A stretch of 64,000 bases of DNA, taken from contig OZ024743.1 of the NCBI GenBank assembly GCA_964016885.1, forward strand, positions 214,458,001 to 214,522,000, in the 5' to 3' direction. Source of the DNA: Eledone cirrhosa. Its lineage: Eukaryota. Shown here piece by piece: positions 52,249 to 64,000 of this stretch (its first letter is position 1; every line of letters starts with the position of its first letter). The position numbers were made by a program, and so were the translations under genes. Under the pieces are notes generated by a model. That model saw only the letters and a program-made list of their open reading frames with translations, ran no database searches and was not told the origin of the DNA.

Positions 52249-53000
52249 AATTTAAGTTCGGTTAAATCGTGAACGAGAGAATAAAGACCATCAAACCTGG
52301 TTGAAATGTGAGCAAGGAAGGAATTTCGCACAGGTCTAACGGGAGGAAGACACTGATGAAGGACAAACTTTTTTCATATGTAACCCATTTGCAACTCCGC
52401 TGCGCCCTTATCATATTTACACATATTTTTTTCTCTGCTGCTACACCGTCTTTTTCGTTCTATGTATCTTTACCCTTTCTAGCAGTCTCTCTCTCTGTTA
52501 GCCTCTTCCTCACCTCACCCTTCACTCACTCATTCTCTGTCACTACCTCTCTTCCTCCTCCTCTTTCTTCCCGTTTGACATGTGAGTAACTCTTTTCTCT
52601 CACATTCTCGGCCGAGCCGGTCGGAATTTTTTTTCTCTCTCGTCTACGATTTCACAGAACTTATGTTTACCGAATTCGCAGACCAGACCCCTTCTTCCTC
52701 CCATTAGACCTGTGCGAAATTCCTTCCTGCTCACATTTCAACCAGGTTTGATGGTCTTTATTCTCTCGTTCACGATTTCACCGAACTTAAATTCATAGAA
52801 ATCTGGGACTTGTCTCTTCCTTCCTCACTTTCTGTTGCCTCACCATTTTGTTTGTTTACCCTCGCGTCCCCTTTATTTACGTGTCCCAACGACTTTTTTT
52901 AGCCGTTGCTCGCACCAACCGGAGGTATATGGTCTTTAAAGCGATGAAATGCCTATGATAGTTGGAAGATCACTGATGAAGAACAAACTTTTTTCATATA
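52249..53000. repeat. Inverted repeat of about 100 bp plus copies of an unclassified dispersed repeat
   Basis: 52249-52350 is the reverse complement of 52692-52793. The segment cactgatgaagga..ttttcatatgtaacccatttgcaa also occurs at about 52900-53000, 21695-21830 and 8190-8282 (-). Confidence 0.65.
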
Positions 53001-53298
53001 TATATATAGATATATCACACAAATCTTACTTAGATCACAATCACATCATTTTATCGAAAGCATGTTGTATAATTTAGTCGAAAACAGAATGGACTGGTTG
53101 GCCGTGGCTGGGAGGTTTCGAATTTATGTCAGTAGGTGTAGTATAAACCCCATCAACAAAAAGAGCAATCATAAATCAACTGGCCTGATATATTAATTTT
53201 GGAGTGAGTACAAACTATGGCAGAAGCCTCGTGGTTTGAACATTTATATTTAGTAATAACATCTATGATAACCAGATTGAAAACCTAGAAGTTACGAA

Positions 53299-53586
53299 TA
53301 TTCCTTTCTCTGAATAGTTATGGCTGCAGAGACGATATATGCTGACGTTGAGGCAGTTCAGTACTCAGGTATAGGCGTACGACGCTGCTAAAACAAGGAA
53401 AACTTTTCTCTTTCTTTTTTGTTTATGTATATACATGCATATATATATATATATACATAAAAAGAGAGAAGAGAGAGAGGGAATTTTTCGTTGTTTAAGC
53501 AGCGTCGCACGTCTAAACCTCCTAAGTACTGAACTGCCTCAACGTCAGCATATATCTTCCCTGCAGCCATAACTATTCTGAGAAAG

Positions 53587-53619
<33 letters not shown>

Positions 53620-53928
53620 AGTAATTAAGACCCCGACGGCTGAACTCAAGCCGTTTCGACGGCTAATCCAGTATAGAATTAGCCGTCGAAACGGCTTGAG
53701 CTCAGCCGTCGGGGTCTTACTTACTCCTATTACCCACGCTACTACCCTAAGTATTGAGTACTTTGGTGCGTTATGGTCCACCTGGTTCCTTACCACTTTT
53801 CCCTCGCTATATATATATATATATATATATGAAAAGTGTAAGTTTCTACACAAAACGAAGGTTATAGAGAAAATTGAGGTTGGTAATGGCACATGGAATA
53901 TATTCCATGTGCCATTACCAACCTCAAT

Positions 53929-54015
<87 letters not shown>

Positions 54016-54225
54016 CGAAGGAAATGTGGTAAGGAACCAAATGGACCATAACGCACCAAAGTACTCAATACTTAGGTTAGTATAGTGGGTAATAGGAACG
54101 AGTAGGACCCCGACGGCTGAGCTCAAGCCGTTTCGACGGCTAATTCTGTTTTTTTTTTTTTGTTTTTTCAGTCCAGAATTAGCCGTCGAAACGGCTTGAG
54201 CTCAGCAGTCGGGGTCCTACTCGTT

Positions 54226-54232
<7 letters not shown>
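53299..54232. repeat. Cluster of fold-back palindromes and four PLE-5 pLTR end fragments
   Basis: Inverted repeat at 53299-53403 and 53481-53591. Perfect 70-bp palindrome at 53866-53935. PLE-5 fragments at about 53617-53670 (-), 53675-53810 (+), 54013-54147 (-) and 54168-54232 (+). Confidence 0.8.
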
Positions 54233-54262
<30 letters not shown>

Positions 54263-54607
54263 ATAATAATAAATTTGAAGGTTAAATTCAAAGAGGGCTC
54301 GATAAGGATAAATATAAATAGATAATCAAATATATAAGAACCGTGAAATCAGCCATTCTTTGCTTAAACTTTAATCTGTTATTTTATATATATATGATTT
54401 AGGGATTGTTACTGCTGGTTCACTAAATTGAGCATTCAATACGTAGTTACGTCCTTTACACTATGTACGTTTATCTAGGGATTTTGTAATATATCTATGT
54501 GTAACAAAATTGTTTTCCCTGGCAAATTCAATCTCGTGTTTTAATTCATCATTCCCAAACTGATTGAGGGTTTGTTATGTATTGACATGTGCAAAGAAAA
54601 ATACATC

Positions 54608-54782
54608 TCATCAGCAAACCTCAGACTCCTGTTTGCACACTTTGTAAACGCTCCCAGGTTTCCTCTCTTTACATTGACTAATATTATTCTATTCTTATCA
54701 GCAAACCCCAGACTGTTGTCTGCACACTTTGTAAACGCTCCCAGGTTTCCTCTCTTTACATTGTCTAATATTATTCTATTTG
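54608..54782 (+). repeat. Tandem duplication of about 87 bp
   Basis: tcagcaaacc.cagact..tgt.tgcacactttgtaaacgctcccaggtttcctctctttacattg.ctaatattattctatt occurs twice. Confidence 0.85.
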
Positions 54783-56024
54783 CAGTCTATTGAGTTAGCA
54801 ACGTTCTTCTAGTCCGACCCTCGAACATGATAGAATATTATCCACCAGCGAGCAACGCATGAAACTGGCAATGTCTTTGTTCCAAGTCTACATGTTACAG
54901 TTTTACAAGATATTGCAATCAACAGTTTAAAAGAAATGCAGGTAAATTTGTTTAGTGTGTCTAAAACTCCTCTCAAACAAATACTTTAGAATGTGAACAA
55001 TGTTTGAGATTATATTAATGCAATTAATTCCATAGAATATTAGCTATTATAAATGTGATTAAAAAAGAGCGGGCTATTCATTTGGTTTTGTAAATATTAT
55101 ATCGTATTCTCCAACTGATAAATACTTCTCTGCTACCACATCACTATATATTATTAGCTAAGTAAATCAAGTAATCTTGGATTTTATTTAACTGTGAAAT
55201 CACTATTTTCATTTTGAAATGAAATGCCATGGCACAAATTGAAATGACACCCATTCAATTTAATATGAATATTCTCTGATTTATCTGACTTACTCAGTTC
55301 GAAATCGTCAGTTTTACTTAATATGTGGTCCCTTAGAGATAAACGATATTGTACTAAGCGTTCAGAGAATAAAGTTCCCTTTGCAAAAGTTGAATAAGCC
55401 TAAACTTGAAGCTTTAAGCAAAGTATCAGCCGAACACTTTCTGTAGAACTCAGGAAACGATATAACAAGTAATCTAGGAATATCTCAAGAAACACAAGAA
55501 GGCATTTTAGCTGCATAACGTAGAGATAGGTGTGGAAACAAAGAAAAGGTATGCGATTATGACTAATAAGCTAGCTACAGCTGAAATAGTTCCAAATACC
55601 TAATGTCAAACACAATACCAAATACAAAAAATAAAAGAAAACAAATATACGATAAGCTAGCTACAGCTGAAATAGTTGCAATACCTAATGTCAAACACAA
55701 TACCAAAAAAACAATACCAACTACAAAAAATGAAAAGAAAACAAATATCCATTACACGTGGATTTGATAATACGGAATATATAATAATAAATATGAATAT
55801 TAAATTAATTAATATAATATATTTTAACGTTTCAATGAAATTAGGTTCATTCATTCGAAATGAATCAAAAATTAATTTTCATTTCATAGATTATTTCAAT
55901 TTGCTCTCATGGATAATTAATTTGTGTATAATGATACAATCGACATGTTTGTTAATAGAATTGTTCTGAAAATTTGATATAGTTTTATTGTCTTACAAGC
56001 GCTTATGATGGTTCATTAGCTCTC

Positions 56025-59199
<3,175 letters not shown>

Positions 59200-59611
59200 T
59201 GTTTGTGTGTGTATGTGTGTGTGTGACTGTTTGTGAAGCTTAATTATGTGACGTAAATTTTATATCGAAACTTCATCAACCTAAACACACACACATGCAC
59301 ACAACATATGCACGCACACATGTACACACACATACACACACATACATATCCCCACATGCGCGTATATGGTGCGTCTTGTTCTTGAAAATATTGCAGTAGG
59401 TGAAATAATGTAGTGGGCGCATTTTCGTTAAGTATAAGTAACGTTGATAAAAGAAAGAAATACAATGAGTTAGCGATCAAATCTACAAGTCTCATTAGTA
59501 GATTGGTAATAGAATCATGAATATCATCACGATTAAGGCTTAGAACCGATCAAGACAACTGTGTTTACTGAAATCATCCTGTTTAAATGTACGATTGAAT
59601 GCTCGTAGTAC

Positions 59612-59646
59612 CACCTACAGTAATTAATAAACCTCACCAAACAAAC

Positions 59647-59692
<46 letters not shown>

Positions 59693-60985
59693 ATTTGTTT
59701 GGTGAGGTTTATTAATTACTGTAGGTTTGTTTTTATTGGTTTATTATTTTAAATCAAGACAGGCAAACCGTATTATTTTAATTAGTATTTTTCAATCTAG
59801 CTAACTTGGTCATTTGCAATGCGAACACATTTATACTTGTATCAGTGTTTATCCCTATCATATATTCATTTGTATATATATATACAAATGATGACCAAGT
59901 TAGCTAGATTGAAAAATACTAATTAAAATAATACCATTTGCCTGTCTTGATTTAAAATAATAAACCAATAAAAACAAACCTATATAGGCAATAGCCGTTA
60001 TACCTGGACAAATTTTAAATTTTTTCGCAACAATTAAGTGAAAGTTCCTATTCCTGTGCTCTTCTGCAGGTATTCAAAAATTGGTAAGTTTCACTTCAAA
60101 ATACTTAAGAAGACTGAGAGAAATGTGTCGTTGAACGCAAATGTGTCACAGTGCCTAGCGCGTCCTATACTCGTACCGCTAAAAAGAGCATCCGGTTTTA
60201 TGGGACTAAAAATTAGCTCACGTATGGAGCCGAGAATATTATATATAGAGTTATAAACTTCCAATATAGGTTTGTTTTTATTGATTTATTATTTTAAATC
60301 GAGACAGGCAAACCGTATTATTTTAATTAGTATTTTTCAATCTAGCTAACTTGGTCATTTGCAATGCGAACACATGTATACTTTTACCAGTGTTTATCAC
60401 TATCATATATTCATTTATATTACACGGCTCAGAAATATTGCTTTCTTTGAGCTATTTAATTGTAAAAGACTATTTGATTTTATAACTCTATATATAATAT
60501 TCTCGGCTCCATACGTGAGCTAATTTTTAGTCCCATAAAACCGGATGCTATTTTTAGCGGCACGAGTATAGGACGTGCTAGGCGTTGTGACACATGTGCG
60601 TTCAACAACACATTTCTCTCAGTCTTCTTAAGTATTTTGAAGTGAAACTTACCTTTTCTGGATACCTTCAGAAGAGCACAGGAATAGGAACTTTCACTTA
60701 ATTGTTGCGAAACAAATTTAAAATTTGTCCAGGTATCACGGCTATTGCCAATATAGGTTTGTTTTTATTGATTTATTATTTTAAATCGAGACAGGCAAAC
60801 CGTATTATTTTAATTAGTATTTTTCAATCTAACTAACTTGGACATTTGCAATGCGAACACATGTATACTTGTATCAGTGTTTATCCCTATCATATATTCA
60901 TTTATATTACACGGCTCAGAAATATTCCTTTCTTTGAGCTATTTAATTGTAAAAGACTATTTGAGTTTATAACTCTATATATAAT
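59612..60985 (+). mobile_element. ORF-less tandem/inverted array of an HHR-containing unit of about 487 bp (retrozyme-like)
   Basis: Direct repeats start at about 59722, 60261 and 60748. Inverted pieces lie at about 59880-59985 and 59986-60258 (reverse complement of about 60480-60750). The array ends in (TA)n. Confidence 0.78.
60661..60737 (+). ncRNA. Type I hammerhead ribozyme with core CAGAAGA (inverted copy at 60000-60073)
   Basis: gatacct(t/g)-CAGAAGA-gca...tgc-GAAA-caaattt(a)aaatttG-TC-caggtatc. Stems I and III are long, and the cleavage triplet GUC is at 60727-60729. Confidence 0.72.
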
Positions 60986-61015
60986 ATATATATATATATA
61001 TAAATATATATATGT

Positions 61016-64000
61016 CAATGGCGGAGGGTAACCTGGAAAGCAGGGCATGCAGTCCAATCACTATGGCGGAAAGTGGGGCTATGGAGCCTTACCCCCCCCC
61101 CCCCCACACACACACAATTCGAAAAATTATTAAGTCTTCTCTACCATTTCTGAATGTGATGTGAGCTAATTTTAATGAGGAAATGCCCGTCTACCAACAG
61201 ACTAATCTTCAGTCTTGATACCCCTCTCCACTAAATATGATGTCTCCCCATTAATAATAACCTAGCAGCAAGCCTGTCATGATATTGATTACGTCCGAAA
61301 TATGAGTAAATAATAAAAATTTGAAATAATATTTAAAATAGTATACATACTTATTGGGATCTTTTATTTAAATTCATCTGTAAATCAGTTCAATTCTTCG
61401 ATTCTTTTTGGCAAATTCATCGATGACTCTATTATAAAATTTATCAGGACTTCATCTTCTTCAAAAGGACTTTGTTCATGGAAATTATGACCAAATTGCT
61501 CAATCTCTCTTCACATTGAGAACACCTCATATAATTATTAACTCTCTTTAATGAAGAAAACGATCTCTCACACGAAGCAGATGTAGCAGGTATGGTCAGA
61601 ATTAGGTGCAATAATTGTGTTACTTCTGCCAGAGCTTCATTTAGTTCAAGTTCCAGTATAATGTCTGCGATTTTCTGGATGCTTGACGCTTGCTTTGCAA
61701 AATCTGCAGCATAAACTGATTTCAGTTCGCATTTCAAGCTATCCAAATCAAATATGTTTGAATAGATTTCCAAAGATGAAAATGCTTCCGTCGGAAATTT
61801 TGTTTTCATAAGCGTGGAAAAGCTTCGGATTCAACAATTCAACAAATCTCCTATTGTCTTAAATCTTTGCTTGACGTGAACAATAATTTCATCCAAAATG
61901 TTGTTAAACAAAGTTCTTAAAGCACCTTGTGGTTCTTGATATCGACCACACTTCTTTGGTGGTTCAGCAACATCATCCAGAACCCGGCAGTAAAATTTCT
62001 CAAACTTGTTGTTCTTGATATTAACTAATTGTTTTTGGAAGTTTTCCACCTCATGAATGCACCTCGAAATATCAAGTGAACTTTTTTTAAGAAATCGAAA
62101 ACAGAATTCCTGACCCACACAATATGGTTTCAAAAACTACTAACATAAATCTAAATTGAAAATCTCCGAGGATTGCAACAAATCCTCTTGCCTGTGCTAA
62201 TTCTGAAGCATTCCAACGCTCTGGATTTTCTAATATTATTGAAAATAGCTCAGAAAACATAGTAATTTTATTGGATAAAATAGATACCTGTTGAGATGAA
62301 TAATTGCAACGTGTCTCAGGTAATTTTTGCAAATCACCTTCCAACGGTGTCATTCAATAGAGCTATTTGTATTGTTGATTTAGAAAAAAAAGATGAAATT
62401 CCTTTTAAACTTTGAAAGAAAATTCGACATTCACGAATACTTGAAACTGATTGAGATAGTACCAAATTAAGTGAATGTGCATACCAATGAACAAAGATGA
62501 CGTTTGCACCAGAACTCTCCTTTATTTTTGCTTGCACTCCGTTCAAATGCCCAGCCATCACACTCGCTCCATCATAAGTTTGTGCAATGAATTTTTTACC
62601 ACAATTGAATTCATTAACGAATTTTCGAACTTCTTCTGTCAGCAATACATCTCTTCTATCTTTACTAACATCGACGTATCGCAAAAACCTTTCTTGAGGC
62701 TGTTCTTTCTCATCTACAAATCGCAAAACGCGTGAAAATTGAGATTTCATTCGACAATCCGTCGTCTCATCAAACATAACAGCAACAAAGGATGTTTTTT
62801 AGATCTTTGCTTTAATTTCACATTTAATTGTAGCAGCTATACAATTAATGATCTCGTTTTGAATATCACTTGAAAGTACAGAAAATATACAGTTAGCATT
62901 TTTCTTCACAAAATCTAAATGCGAGCTTAAACAATCATCGTATTCCACTACTGCTTCACATATAGCCAACACATTACCCTTATTGTTTGAGTTTTCTGTT
63001 TCATCGTGTCCTCGAATTGATAATCCTTGACAGGCCAAAATTTCAACACAATGAATTAACCTTTTCATTACATCACGATTTTTCTCAACAGTTCAATTAT
63101 GCAATGAATCGCAGCTGCTTTCCAGTGATCGATCTCTGTATCAATTCGATGTCGCCCAAAGGTTTTCAGAGCAATTACGGAACTCAAGTGGTTCTGAGAT
63201 TTTTTGTGTCTTGTCAAAGCTGTAATCAAATTGTTCAAATCTCAGTAATCGGTGGTTGTCCATGTATTACTATGGTGACAAAACAACATACATGGGAAAC
63301 AGAACAATTTGTTCAGAATGGGACATCCCATCATCCACTCATATTGTTCATAATATTTGGAATCAAAATAACGATAACATTCCTTGCCGCTCACTTTCGT
63401 CTTTGTCTTAATTTCAAGCATAGGTTTCTCTCTTCCAAGAATGATAATATTCTTACTCTCTTGAAAGCATATTGATGCAAAAGATCGAGAAAGTAGAGCA
63501 GAAACTGAACTAATTGACTCTTTTGCCATCACGTGGTGAATGAATGAAAATGTGGAAAATGTAATTTTTGCGTAACTTATTAAAAAATAATTTGATATAT
63601 TTTAAATTAAAATTTAAAACATTGGACTGAAAAATTTACCTATTCAATCAGGAAAAGGTTAACTTTACCTATATAATCAGGAAAATTCCCCAGCTAAGGC
63701 GACACGTGTATATTCTAGAATCATCGGTGAATTAAGTGGCTGTTTTGACCACTGGCCGTTTGGACATCGTGTCGTTGACGCATGCACGGTCCTCTAAATG
63801 AATTTCCCGGTCAAAGCTGCATTTAGTGTTATCTAGTGTGTGTGTTCGTGTTATCTTTTTATGTGTCTACGATTTAGTAAGCAGTCAAAATTCTGCTTGC
63901 TCCAAAGCTGTCGTGTGTTTTTATGTATGTGTTTGTGTGTATGTATGTGTGTCTGTTATCTTTTTTTGCGTCTATACGTTTTAGTAAGCAGCCAAAATTC
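61016..64000 (-). mobile_element. Degenerate hAT DNA transposon (ZMYM1/DUF4371-like transposase); the other end is probably outside the window
   Basis: Candidate TIR caatggcgga at 61016, with transposase fragments on the minus strand. No matching TIR was seen within the window. Confidence 0.8.
61374..63532 (-). pseudogene. hAT transposase pseudogene
   Basis: TTF-type zinc finger (W..LFCFPCMLF..W), DUF4371 (RGHDE..NKGN, SSDIQNEII), MFDETTD, QTYDGASVMAG..GVQ, VHWYAHSLNL, and the dimerisation domain LTIPATSASCERSFSSLKR. Split over six ORFs. Confidence 0.88.

Noticed and set aside
53617-54232. Repeated palindromic gccgtcgaaacggc units resembling a CRISPR array
   Set aside because: Orientation alternates, spacing is irregular, the context is eukaryotic and there are no cas genes. 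They are PLE-5 pLTR fragments.
54786-55550. Two AG/GT-bounded segments (about 54786-54941 and 55337-55548) resembling host exons
   Set aside because: All plus-strand frames contain stops and no homology was recognised. They cannot be supported without RNA-seq.
61444-63532. Possible domesticated ZMYM1/THAP-like host gene
   Set aside because: It has multiple frameshifts and stops without intron structure, and a TIR-like end, so it is a decayed hAT transposon.

Overview
AT-rich eukaryotic (animal) scaffold segment with no recognisable host gene. It is made almost entirely of transposon debris and (TA)n/(CA)n/(GA)n microsatellites, with a 200-bp N gap at 25576-25775. The recurrent tRNA-derived SINE resembles, from memory, one common in octopod cephalopod genomes; this is inference and was not checked. 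The window is dominated by Penelope-like retroelements (PLEs: RT plus C-terminal GIY-YIG endonuclease). There are five large copies with pseudo-LTRs and inverted arms (1-5544, 9977-14373, 14749-21008, 28700-34444, 34455-38700) and three smaller remnants. It also holds a degenerate RTE LINE (56131-59199), R4/Dong-like and CR1-like LINE fragments, six copies of one SINE and a degenerate hAT transposase (61016 onward). The main hidden signal is RNA. Reading both strands by eye gives about 20 type I hammerhead ribozyme (HHR) motifs from about a dozen families. They include a C3-G8 to U3-A8 compensatory core variant and a recurrent A.C stem-II variant. Several lie in ORF-less, about 490-510 bp, partially tandem units that share further conserved motifs and look like a diversified family of non-autonomous, retrozyme-like PLE parasites inserted in (TA)n. 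Most ORFs in the supplied track ([17 protein letters not shown]) are microsatellite artefacts. All structures were folded by eye and no searches were run.
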